Assembly: GCF_036321535.1 (NCBI RefSeq) | Contig: NC_087436.1 | Coordinates: 72,356,001 to 72,420,000, forward strand | DNA from: Camelus dromedarius | Taxonomy: Eukaryota | Direction: 5' to 3' | Length of the DNA stretch: 64,000 nt | Made by a program: the position numbers and the translations under genes | Notes under the pieces: generated by a model | Seen by the model: the letters and a program-made list of their open reading frames with translations, nothing else | Told to the model about the DNA's origin: nothing | Database searches by the model: none | Part shown: positions 52,001 through 64,000 of the stretch, piece by piece | Position numbering within the stretch: the first letter of the stretch is position 1 | How the letters are laid out: each line of letters begins with the position of its first letter

Positions 52001-52789
52001 TACCAGCTTGAAATGTCTTATTAGAAAGCAGTAGAAATAAAATATGACTGCAATTATTTCTCTAGAGAGGAAATCAGATCACTGGAAGCAGGAAAGTCCA
52101 TATAACTTGGAAATGAAATGAGATTTGTAGCCATAAAACAAGGAAATGAAATTAGATTCATGATCTAGCTCTTAGATACTTTACAGGAGCACGTTTTTCT
52201 GCTGCTTAGACGAGCAAAGGGCGCTACTACTCACGTTAGACAACTGCTTCCGGTCCCTATGACCTATTCTGTGCTTGGACAAAACTGGAAACCGTGGACC
52301 CGTGAGCCCAACGCAGCTGTCCCTCTCAGAGCAGCTCCAAATGACCACCAACCCCTCATTTCATGGATTAATCAACACCCTCTATACCAAAAAGGTGGTA
52401 TTCGTGGATTTACTCGAGCTCTGGAAGTTCCAGAATTTCACAGGGGTAGGATTACAACACGACACTATGTTCTATTTTAAACACTGAATTAAACTTTTGA
52501 TGTTTGTCATCCCGTCACCAGTGCGAGACGATATGACACAAAGTGTGATTTATTCGTGCTTTCAAAATACCACGAAGTAGGGGAACTTCCTTATGTATAA
52601 TTTGAGGTGGCATGTATTTTAACTGTTATTTATGCAAATACGAGTAAAATCAAGTCCCAAGGTTCTTAATGCGTAAGTAACACATGGAAAATCAGTTCTC
52701 TCTGATTTTCCCCTCCTCTCTCTCCTTAATTCCCCCAATCTTAATAACTAACGTTCATCACGACACCTGTCCCTAAGGTCTGACACCAC

Positions 52790-53520
52790 ATCTTGCACGG
52801 CGACTCATTCCCCCGTGGGGAGGCCACACCCCGGGGTCCCCGGATTATGCGGGAGTGGGGCGGGCGGTGCCCGGGCGGGGCCGCGTCTTCCTTCCGCACC
52901 GCGGAACGACCCGTGCGTCAGGGGATTTCCCTGCCCGGGGCTGCGGGTTCCCGTCCCATCAGGATAAAAGGCGTTCGACCGCCTCGGGGAGTCACAGAAT
53001 CCGATTCGCCAACTCAACCGCCGCAGACAGAGACCCTCCGAGCTGAGCCCCATGGCCCGCACCGCGAACCCCGCCGCCCCCCGGCTCCTCCGCGCCGCGC
53101 TGCTGCTCCTGCTCCTGGTGGCCGCCGGCCGGCGCGCAGCAGGTGAGACGCGGCGCCCGGCATCGCCGGGGCGTGTGGGCGGGTGGCTGGGCGCCCATCC
53201 CCGGACGGCCCCCTAACCGAGTCTGCTCTCTCCGCAGGGGCGCCCGTGGTCACCGAACTGCGCTGCCACTGCTTGCAGACAGTGCAGGGAATTCACTTCA
53301 AGAACATCCAGAGCTTGACGGTGACGCCCCCGGGACCCCACTGTGGCCAAACGGAAGTCATGTAAGTGCCGCCGCTGCTGCGGTCCTTGTCACCGCTACC
53401 TCCCTGTACCCCCACCCTGACCCCCAGCCCGACCTCCGGCCTCACGTGGTCTCCCCTCTCTCTGCAGAGCCACTCTCAAGAATGGTCAGGAAGTTTGTCT
53501 CAACCCCGCAGCCCCCTTGG
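52790..53520. other. CpG island over the GRO gene 2 promoter to exon 3
   Basis: Very high GC and CpG density. Confidence 0.85.
52845..52975 (+). promoter_or_regulatory. Proximal promoter of GRO gene 2: GC boxes, NF-kB site GGGGATTTCC (52921-52930), GATAAAA (52963-52969)
   Basis: Motifs occupy positions paralogous to those in gene 1. Confidence 0.85.
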
Positions 53521-54348
53521 TTAAGAAAATAGTCGACAAGATGCTAAACAAGTGAGTTATGGTTTATATTTGCACGTACGGCTAGAGCAATTGGTCACAA
53601 ATACAGACATATTACCTTCTGAAAACTGTATCAGAGAACCTTAGGGTTTAGCTGCAGGGCTGAAAATCATTATTATTTCACAATTAAATTTGCCATTAAG
53701 GTCATGAATCTGCTCTGGCGCCAGAAGGATATTTCCAGTGCCTCATCCCCCTCTCCATCCCCAGTGAATGTGGGTAAATGTATGTTCCTGAAAGATTAAG
53801 TAGATTTAGCCAATGATGCTAAAATGCTGCCTACGCATTAAGGAACAGATATTGTTTAGGTCTGTCTCCTATGGGTTTCAGACCTGAAAAGTAGAACCCT
53901 TGGTTTTGAGCAACACACACCTCTCAAGCTTAGTGGTGAAGAGGGAGGACTTTGCAGTGAAAACCAACCCCCACCCCGTAGGTTTAGTTTCCACATTTTA
54001 TTGTTCCTGTAACCCCAAGGAAAGTATTTAACCTCTTTAAGTCTCAATAACATGGGGAAAGTAATAGCAGCGACTGCACGGGGTTTGCTGTCAGGCTTAA
54101 GTGATGTCATGCATGTACTTTTTTTTTTTTTATTCCATTGCTTTCTGGTTTTTTTTTTGAAGCTAATAATAAGATTGTGACCACAGGCTCCTTATTCCTA
54201 ATTAAATGGCATCTAGGAGCCTGGCATTTTCTGCCACACAAGGCAGCAGTGGTCTAGGTAGCAACTACTTGGTATAAGGCTATGAGGTCAATTTTTTGAG
54301 TCCTACTAACAGTAACTATTTTCTCATCACAGGGGCAGCACCAACTGA
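53052..54348 (+). CDS. CXCL1: GRO-family ELR+ CXC chemokine (GRO1/CXCL1- or CXCL2-like). Coding exons 53052-53142, 53238-53361, 53468-53551, 54333-54348. 104 aa: [104 protein letters not shown]
   Basis: Same 91/124/84/16 exon structure, canonical splice sites, ELR-CXC motif. QEVC...DKML resembles ruminant GRO-alpha/beta. CXCL1 versus CXCL2 cannot be resolved from this window. Confidence 0.93.
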
Positions 54349-54483
54349 TCTGGAGAGAAAGAGGAAGCTTACTGGCTACTGCTGAGCCCTAGTGGAATTG
54401 GAGTGAATGAAGAGAAAGGAATAGCTCCTGGGGCCACCTAGACTGCATTTAATGTGTTTGGCTATTTCTTATGAGAGTTTTCT

Positions 54484-54508
54484 ATTTATTTGTATGTATT
54501 TATTTATT
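54484..54508 (+). promoter_or_regulatory. AU-rich element cluster in the gene 2 3' UTR
   Basis: Three ATTTA pentamers, including TTATTTATT. Confidence 0.8.
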
Positions 54509-55036
54509 TTTCAAAGCTTGTATATTGATGTTCTATCTAATATTTAAAGATATGAATGTGTTTGGCAATTTTCTGTACTGTTATTTAAAAAGATAATTTT
54601 TATGTTCAAAGTTCAGTTCTATTATTTAATTTGAAGATGCTATGTTTTAAATGTTCATTCATTAAACTATTTGGGGGGGAGTGGCTAGGGGGTACCATAC
54701 TGTACCATCCACTTTGGTAAAGGCTGGAAACAATAGTGGGGGATTCCAAGCAAATAGATCACTGTTAAGTTAGGGGAATGTATGTGTACATTATTATCTG
54801 TCCTGATGAGAAGATTGTCAGTTGTTATTTATTGAAACAATTTCATAGCATGTGGTCAACATTTCTGATGCTGAAGCTTTTAAATAGACAGTATTCTGAA
54901 TATCCCTTGGACATTTTATGTCTTCCTTGTAAGACATAATGCCTTGTGTAGTGTTAATTATGCAATGATTTTCTCTCTCTCTCTTGGAATAGAGAAGTTT
55001 AAATATTTTTTGATGTATTTTTACAAATAACATGAA

Positions 55037-55042
55037 AATAAA
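55037..55042 (+). terminator. Polyadenylation signal of GRO gene 2
   Basis: AATAAA in a paralogous position (tgaaAATAAA). Confidence 0.8.
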
Positions 55043-55114
55043 GCTTTTTACAAAAATTTCTTGCTTAGATTTCTTTTTTACTCCTTAACCTTTTCCCCCT
55101 TCCCTGAATACCCA

Positions 55115-56160
55115 GCACTTGGGTTTTCTGTTGCTGGTGCAACAAATTATTACAAATTTAGTAGTTTTAAAAAACACAGACTTATTCTCTTACAGTTCTG
55201 GAGGTCAGAAAATCAAAATTTGTTCTACTGGGCTAAAGTCAAGGTGTTCACAAGGCTATCTCCTTCTGGAGGCCCGAGGGGACTCCATTGCTCTGATCGA
55301 TTTAGTTAGCAGAGGCCATTTATACTCCATAGTTCACGGCCATCTTCCTGCATCTTCAAAGCTATCAACATAGCCTCTTCAAGTCTCTTTTTTTAGGGCA
55401 GCAAAACGTATCTCTTTTCTGATTATTTTTAATAAACAGAAGGCTCAAAAAGTTTTTCTTGTTACTTCCCTCTTACTTGCCTAAAGTAATTTAGATAAAG
55501 GACCTGTTCTCATAATAGAGATATCACCAGAGATATCTGCAAAGAAAATGGGCCAGGAGTGGTGGGGGAAACTCTAGTCAGGGCCTTGAGATCAGAGTCC
55601 ACTCTGTCCCATTGTCTCTGCAAGGCCCAGCAAGTATTGTTTACCAAACATTTGCTTTTCCATCTCCAGGTAAATTGCCTTTTCCCCCCTTGAAGTCTCA
55701 GACCATTACCCCTAACATCCTCTCTTGTCTTTAGCTGAAGATGGTATTTAAGGCGAGGGCGTTGGCCATTTTACTTGGTTTTCCTGCGTCTCTCCCATGA
55801 TATGTATTATTAAACTTTTGTTTGACTTTCTTCTCTTAATCTGTCTTATGTCAACTTAAATCTTAGATCAGCCAGAAGAATTTACAAGGGTAGAGGAAAA
55901 TTTCTCCTTACCTGACACTTTCTGTCCTTCTGCTCTGTCACATCACCTTCTGTCTGATTCTGACTTTTTCTGCATCCCTTTTGTAAGAATCTTAGTGATT
56001 CTATCAGTCCATCTGGGTAACACAGGATAATCTTTCCATTGTGAGGTCTGTAATTTAATCACATCTGTAAAGGTCCTTCTAAAATGGAAGATAACATGTT
56101 CTCAGTTTCCGGGGATTAAGACAAGGGTATCTCTGGGGAGCTATCATTCAAACTTCCACA
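55115..56160 (-). mobile_element. MaLR LTR (MLT1D-like) with a nested ERV1-type LTR at about 55395-55917
   Basis: ttgctg..gcaacaaattattacaaatttagt...ttacagttctggaggtcagaa; resumes with caggataatct..cacatctgtaaagg...cattcaaacttccaca. The nested LTR has tatttaa/attaaa signals and ends tgaca. Confidence 0.7.
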
Positions 56161-59100
56161 GGGTATTTGGATTTCAGTGCCAAAAGCAATTTTGATTAGG
56201 TTAATGAATGTTATGTTATAGAAGGGGAATTGGAGATTGTGGATGGAGCCAAAATGGTATCAGGACTGGCTAATATTCAATAAATGCAACTACTATTAAT
56301 GTTTGTCAGTTAAGAAGAAGCAGATTTAGGTATTTTCTCCAGATTGCTACTAGAAAGCTTCAGAGAACAAAAATATATTTATTACATAACTAGAGGGAAG
56401 ACATGAATGATTGGAAGAGGAGGAGGAAGATCTGGGTCTGCATTTATCATTGGTCCTCTGGCTTGCTCTCACAGATAATAACGCAGTCCTCGAGCAAGCA
56501 TAAATGTCAAGAGTCAGAACCATGTCTGGAAGTCTTTGGAGAAGAAGGCAGCCCTCCACTAGGAACAATAAGGTAGGAAGTAGAAGACAGGTATTTGAAA
56601 GGATGGTCACAGGTTGATGATGGCAGGAAAGAGATGTTCTCTGCATAAGCAGATCAGTTAGAACAGTGTGACACAGTATTACCAGCTGAACTTGAGAAGC
56701 CAGCAGGATACCATAATGGCAGCAGTGCCAGAAGTTTCCTGGGCAAAGGAGCCAGAGCAGAAGAAAAGGAATAATGGGTGATCCCACTCCATGATTATGA
56801 TTACTTATTTGAGAGTTCTCTTGAGATATCCTCCAGAGACTTTCAGAAATTAGCCAGATGTGCGAGAGAGGAGAGATGGAGGTTCTGTAATAGCAAGATG
56901 GGGAAATGTTTTCTCTGCTGGAACAGGAAAATTACAAGGTAAGAGTCCTGTTTTATTCTATATTTCCCATAAAACAGAGCCCTTGTGCAAGTGCCTTATT
57001 AAGTCCACCAGCTCACATCCCGAACTTTATCTTCACCTGTGTGTGGTACCTCTGTGGAAACATTTTATCCTCTGCTTTCAGAATGGTAGCAGCAGATGAT
57101 TAGGGGTGTGCCTTTTACTTTTAGGAGTCCTGTGAAAAGAAAACGAGATGATCAGGGCCGTCATGAACAGATCAGATGGACTTGCACCCAGAACAGCAAG
57201 TTAGAGCTCAAAGAAATCTGCTCAGTGGGCCACAAAACCTACACATGCACAGAACCACCCAGCCAGTGCCCTAATACAGCTGACACAGAAGAAGAAAGAG
57301 AAGCAAGGTTCTTGAACATTAGTCCAGTTCACATCACCCTCAGAGGACTGTGGCTGACCTCTGACTCTAGCATCATCTAGAGCATGGCACGTTGTAGAAC
57401 CACCAATTCCCTCTGCTTCTCAGGTTTCTTCCCAGACCCCTCACTGTGGGCCACTGCAGGGTGGACTAAAGCAAAGTTATGGGCATTGGCCAAACACATT
57501 TGAAAGAAAAAAATAATTACCTTTCTCTTTTTGTGACCTTGCCAGATTACTTACCTCCTCTGAGTTTCAATTTCCTCATCAGTAAAATAAAAACATGCCT
57601 TGTAACATTGTTGAAAGGTTTCAAGAATATACACCACAAGCATGTAAAGCAGCACTGGCATAAAGCAAAACGCAACAAATGGTGGTTACTTTTAGGACAA
57701 TGTGTGGTATCTATGTCAGAATAAATAATTATTTTTGAGGAGAGAAATATAAGACATAGGTCAAAATGGAGTATTTAAAGTAACTTACAAATTTATGCAT
57801 ATAGCCCTCTGAGCAGCTGGAAGATCATGGTAATGTGGTAGATGATCTTATAAACCTGAAGATTTGATCATCTTACAATATTAAGAATTTAGAGCTTACT
57901 ACAAATTAAATATACTATCAATCTGGCATTGAATCAAAGCTCTGATAGCACATAATTTGATCACCTCCACGTGGTGCATAGACAATTGAAATTCAAGGAA
58001 TTTAAGATCATGTCTGAATAGTGTTTCTGATTCATTGTGGCAGTTTTTTGCTTGGCATGAAGGCCAAGAACCCAGCAGTCAGTTGAATGTTACAGTCATT
58101 TTAATCTAAATACATGTTGAGACTTATTTCCTAATATGTCATTCCCTGTCACAAAGCTGTACCTCTTGAAGCATAATTCTGTTTACAGTGTTTATCAGTT
58201 CTTTCTCTTAACGCTGAGTTTCTATTCATCTTTTTTTTTAATTGAAGTATAGTTAATTTATAATGCTGTGTTAGTTTCAGGTGTGCAGCAAAGTGATTCA
58301 GTTATACTTATATATGTATATTCATCTTTACAGACTCAATTCAATGTTATCTTCTTCAATGAAAGCAAATGAGATATTCTGATTATTGAGGTTATCTGTA
58401 AAGTGGCCCTGTGTCAACAATTGTATTAATTATTCAGTTAAGTGGTTTGTTTATTGATGCAGAAAAAATGTGTTGAATATGACATAACCAAGGCCATTTA
58501 ATAGAACAATTAACAGAATTTGAGCTCATATTTCACTGTTAGTAATTTAGTCATTACAGCTTTGAAACTTAACATACTCTTGGTAGGACAGGAATTATTA
58601 ATTTATCAATAGACAGCAGATTCCATTAAGACTTTAAATGTGATCATGCAAGTGGACATAAAAGGCAAAGACATAGTAAAGCATATTAATTTCCATATTA
58701 ATTTTTCAAAAGATGTACAGACTTCCTCATGACAATATTCTTCAAATTATCATTAACTGAAAATGGCATTGGATCCTTCAAAGTTTCATAGCTCCACCCC
58801 TAGGAAATAATAAGGCAAAATTCTCTCTTTTAACAAACGTATTACATTCTGCACTCCCCATCCCTCCCAAATAAAATAAACTAGAAAAATAAATTCTACT
58901 TCCCTATTGACTTATTTTAAAACTGACAAATACTCCTTTGATAAGCTTCTTGTTTTATTCTTCAACAAAGAGAGAGAAAGCAATAAAAATTAATCTTGAG
59001 ATTGCAGTGCATAAAGCCTACTATAGTGTTGCATCCACCAAGGTCTGAAAACAGAGGTGCCTACTGTAACCTCACAGACATTTTTCTTTTTCTTTTATCT

Positions 59101-59399
59101 ATTGGAAAGTTTCATAAAAGAAGAACTAGATCTAAAGAGACTTTTTGTTTGACTTTAAGTGAAGTAAAAACTGTAAATCGTTAGCCAATGTCATAATAAA
59201 CATGCATTACTGAGCTACTACAATGGAACAGTGTTAGACATGCTAGATCAAAAACCCATTCCTTAGGTTTTTATTGTCATCAGGATAAGCAATATAAGCA
59301 GAAAATTAACTGTTTCATTCAATGAACATTTATTCACATGATAATTAGATGTGAAATCTCTTTTGTGATTTCTCCTTAATCATTTCTACCAATTTTGAA

Positions 59400-60900
59400 T
59401 TGTTAATCCAATATAGTAGTGGGCTACATTGACTTAAATTTGGGTTGCTTAACGTTTTGCTATTAAGAAAAATGCAGCATTTTTGTACTAGTCTCCAGCT
59501 ACACATGTGTAAGAGATACTCTAGAATATATATGTAGGAGGGGAATTACTGGCTCATACAGTTTACACATCTTCAACTTCGCCAAGTAACACTATTTTCC
59601 TAATGGTAGTACTGATTAATTCCACCTGCAGGCAACTCATGACAGTTCCTCTTCCTCCACCTACTGGCCAGCACTTGGAATTGTCAGACTTCTTAAATTG
59701 TGGAAAATCAAATTACTGTATAACAGTATCTTATTGTGCTTTTAATTTGCTTTTCCTTTATTACAAGTGAGACTGAATATCTTTTCATATGCATATAAAC
59801 TATTTGGATTTGATCCTCTGTGAAATTGTATTTCTTTTCAATTTTTTTCTGTTATCCCATTTGCTATTTCATAAAAGTTTTTTAAAAAACATATATTTTG
59901 TATATGAATCATTTGTCACCATATGTATGGCAAAAAGTTGTATCTGTGGTATTGTAAAACAGATTTTTATAATGTAACTTTTTAATAGCTATGCTCAAAG
60001 TCATAAAAATAATCTTTTGTATTGACTTCTAAAAATTGGATAGTTTTATCTTTTGTATTCAGAACTCAGAATTGATTATTCTCTATGATATGAATAGAAA
60101 GTCAATTTTTACTTTTCACATATGGATAACCAATTGTCCCAGTACTATTTATAAAAAAAAAAAAGTCCATCATTTCCCAATCTCTGTCATAAATCAAGAG
60201 AAGTAAAAGTAAGGGTTTGTTTCTGGACTCTGTTTTTTTTCTTTTTTTTCCCCCATGGATCAATATATTTATCTGACATCAGAACCATACCATCTTTACC
60301 ACTGTAGCATTACAAAAACTCTTGATAAGTGTAAAGGCAAGTCCCCCAACATCATTTTTCTTCTTTAGGAATGTCTTAGCTCTTCTTAATTCTTTCATAT
60401 ACATCTTAAAATCAGTTTGTCAATATGTGGATTTTGAATGAAAGTGTTTTGAATTATAGATCAGTTTGAGTAGGGATATTTGATGCACCTTTAAAATAGA
60501 AAATCTTACATTTGTGACCTTGATGTGGTCCAGAAAGTGAGGTCTTTGAATAACATTTACTTCCAGAGACTTTTGCGTCTGGATGCTATTGTAAATGTTG
60601 TCTTTAAAACTGCAATTTCTGATTTTTGTAAATTAGTTTTGTATCCATCAGCCTTCTCCTTATGAATCTATAAATTATTTTGCGTTTTCTACAGAGATAA
60701 TTATGTCATCTGCTACTAGTGACTGTTCCATTTTTTCTAACCTTCCTGCACAAGTTAAACATTTCAGTATAAGCTTGAATGAAGGATCATAGCAGGTTCT
60801 CTTGTTTCGTTCTCAATAAACCTCTTAAACATTTCACCACTAGGTATAATATTTACTGTGGATATTTTATAGCTTTCTGAGGTTAAGAAAGGAAACGCCT
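59400..60900 (-). mobile_element. Ancient L1 (ORF2/3' region), antisense
   Basis: tatcttattgtgcttttaatttgc; atggataaccaattgtcccagtactattta; gggtttgtttctggactct. Confidence 0.75.
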
Positions 60901-60914
60901 ATTAATGAGTTCTT

Positions 60915-61001
60915 TCTCTTTTTAATGGAGATACTGGGAACTGAACCCAGGACCTTGTGCATGCTAAGCACACACTCTACCACTGAGCTATTTCCCTCCC
61001 C
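60915..61001 (-). mobile_element. Camelid tRNA-derived SINE (Vic-1-like)
   Basis: Reverse complement of the SINE head: gaacccaggaccttgtgcatgctaagcacacactctaccactgagcta. Confidence 0.88.
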
Positions 61002-62638
61002 TTATCGATGATTTCTTAAGAGTTTCTTTTTAAATCACAAGTTAATATTGAATTATATTACTTTTAAATCCTGGAATTTCCACTCTGAGTTCAAACTATG
61101 GTGAGATGGCCACATTTTGAACCTAACAAACTTCTGAGGAAACATGGAGATGCAGGTAGAGCCCTGGGGCCTATGAACAGCAGTTGACAACTTCAGAATT
61201 AATGGGGGCTTAAGTAGGACACAGAATACTTTCCCATGATTTGAACAATGTATGCTCTCTCTTCCCAATAATAAATAAGATCTTAATGAGATTCTAGAAG
61301 TAGAGCAAGCAAACAAACAGAAATAGACCACAAAGACTACCAGAGACATAATACTAGACAATAAATGGTAAACATTCTATGATGTCAGCTTGGGAGATAC
61401 ATGTGTAGATTACCAAACCTAACACAGAACCTTGTACATGGAATTACATGTATTATGTACATATTACATACATAGTAAGAAATGCTTTCTGATTGGTTTA
61501 TTGCTGACAAGGTCCTATCTTCCATTTGAACTGACATTATTTGTGGTCAATGGCATAAAATTGTGGTAGTACATATAGAATATTGTAACCTAAATATATG
61601 GTTAGTGTGATATCTGAGACAAATTTGTTTTTAAATACATACATTTTGTAGTTGCTTTTACAAACTCAGTAAGTAACATTAAATTACCTTGGAATTTTAA
61701 ATAGAGCATTTTTTTTTTTTTAAAAGCAGTACTCCCATTTTTAGTAATCCGAATAGTCTCCTTTTAGAGTCACACTGAAAGATAGAAAATCAATTTTCTT
61801 GGCTCCTGAGGACGTATGGGTGATGATCATTATCAAAAAGATAAAGACAGGTACAATATATACCAAGGCGTTTTCAGGCAAATTTTTTTCTTCTTAAATC
61901 GATTGATATTGAAACAAAAGCTTTGCTATAGATTTGAATGAGTTGCAACTATACCTCTTATGTAATGTGACATGACCTATTATTCCAAGTAAACATGTAA
62001 ATGATTAAAAGGACTATAAGTTGTCTTATGTAGATCAAAACATAGGTATATTAACTAGGAAAATATCTGAGCAAAATTTCCTTCCTTCACTTACCCCCTT
62101 TGGAGGAAATCCTTGAACTCCAACACAGTGTTGCTAAAGGTTCAACTTCTAGCAGAGTTGACAAATCACTAAGTAGAAATGGGATAATGAGAGCAGAGCC
62201 TGAGACAAGGATTGAAGAGCATTGGGGAGGTGCAGGGAAGACCAGCAGAGAAGCATACAGAAACAATATCGAGACGGGAACACCACCAGAGAAGAGGGCA
62301 CCGTTAAGCCAGCTGCCACACTGGGACATCAGCTGAGCTCCTGCAGCACCTTCTACTGGAGGATGCTCTGAGTGGTGCACGTCCACGGCCATCAGAGACC
62401 GCAGCCCCAGATTCAGGAACCCAACAAACCACATGTAGGGTGAACAGAAATAATTCCACACCTTGTCACCTTGCGGTAAAACACAGAACACAGAGAACAG
62501 AGAAAATCTTATAATAAACCAGTGTAATCTTCCATGGGTCAGAGCTCCAGGGAAGAGGCATAGACAGAGCAGTTCTTCGAGTTTCTGGGTAGTATATAAC
62601 AAAATGCACCCCCCTGTTAAGTCCATGTAAAACTGAAT

Positions 62639-62761
62639 GGTGAGGGGGCAGGTATAGCTCAGTGGTAGAGCCTGTGCTTAGCACACATGAGGTCCTGGGT
62701 TCAATCCCCAGTACCTCCAATACATACATACATACACCTAATTATCTCCCCCTTCCCCTCA
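62639..62761 (+). mobile_element. Camelid tRNA-derived SINE (Vic-1-like)
   Basis: A and B boxes, (CATA)n tail, 10-bp TSD aaaactgaat at 62629-62638 and 62762-62771. Confidence 0.9.
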
Positions 62762-64000
62762 AAAACTGAATTTATCTGGATCTGAGTTTTGTTTAGTTTG
62801 TAAAATAAATGCAATTACTACGGATGTTCAGAGTTTCTATTTAGTGAATAGTAAGCAAGTTTACAATAGAAACCAATCATCAAAATTTTGTTTTGGGTCA
62901 GGCACAAAATTTGCTTTGAGATGACTTCTCTCTTTCCAGAAGACTAGAGTGGAAATAAAGGTTAGTAGATTCTCTGTTGAATTATTTGACTGTTTTACTT
63001 CCTGACTTATGCAGCCTAATTCTATACACTTAATGATTCTCATTTTAACATTTTTACCTTTAACTTTTTCTTTAAGCTCAAGTGAATGTTTTCTCTATAA
63101 CCTCCTAGACAACGCTGAGAAATATTGGGCCCATGTCACCCTCAGCATGATCTTCTCCTGTCTGTATGGTGATGTAGGGAGGTTGTACCCAATTCATAGT
63201 TTCAGTGCAAATCCTGGTGCAGACATGACCAGTCCAGAGATCAGACCTTTATTAGCCATGTGACCTTGAGCAAATTACTGAATGGCTTACAGGTTAAGTT
63301 TTCTCACACTCTCCCCATGAAACCGTGTGCTCTGGTTACATCAAATCACTTCCCAGTTCTCTGAAAACACCATTTTCTATTTGGGCTCAGGGTCTTACAT
63401 ACATTGTTGCCTCTAACTGGAACATCTTTTATCTCCTCCCCTTCCCCTAGCTCATTTGTCTGGATAATCATTACTTTTCTTCAGCTCTTAGTTTATAGAT
63501 TACTTCCTGCAGGAGGCTCTTCCTGAGCCCTTCAAGTATTAATTAGCTAATGAAGTGTCCAAAGAACAATCATTTTATTTTCACCCAGATCTGCTGGTGA
63601 AAGGAAATGAGGCAAAGAGAAATCAACTGACTTGCCCAAGGTTATAAAGCCCAATAAGGGCAGAGGCAAAGCAAGACGCCAGGAGTGTTATCTCCCTTTT
63701 CTTTCATTGCTTCTGCTTTAGTTAGCAAGGCCAGCTCCACCCTGGTTGCACCCAGATTCGTGGGATGCTGAGGCATACAATCTCCAGAAAGATGCCCTCT
63801 GTGCATTTCTGGGTGAGGCGCATTTCTTCCCCGATGCAGTAATACTTCAGGCCATCTGAGACATCCTGACTGCCACTCCTTGCCAATCAACCAGCATCCT
63901 TTCATTGGATCATTGGGTGATATGATCTTAATCTGGACTTACGCCTTTCTCCTGTATTTTTTCCTTGCTGCCAATGTTAACATATATCCGCTGTAATTTA

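Noticed and set aside
56350..56787. 145-aa minus-strand ORF
   Set aside because: Non-ATG start, Leu-rich from composition bias, no recognisable domain.
62087..62626. 179-aa minus-strand ORF, the longest in the track
   Set aside because: Overlaps LTR-like sequence (gcagagcctgagacaaggatt) and has no protein-family signature.

Overview
Mammalian genomic DNA, most likely a camelid (four copies of a tRNA-derived Vic-1-type SINE). It lies within the ELR+ CXC chemokine cluster. Two intact, tandem, + strand GRO-family genes (CXCL1/2/3 type; 4 exons, 104 aa, ELR-CXC motif) sit at 42847-43952 and 53052-54348. Their 5' halves are nearly identical, consistent with gene conversion, while their 3' ends are diverged. 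The main hidden feature is not in the ORF track: a complete, unprocessed, heavily decayed CXCL8 (IL-8) paralog on the minus strand at about 12950-16360. It retains a TATA box, four exons of CXCL8-like size, all four cysteines and 3' UTR homology. It is disabled by ATG>ACG, frameshifts, three stops and loss of both exon-2 splice sites. The rest is interspersed repeats (ERVL/MaLR LTRs, Tigger1, L1, L2, MIR, SINEs) plus candidate NF-kB/AP-1 elements. All comparisons to reference genes and repeat families are from memory, not from database searches.
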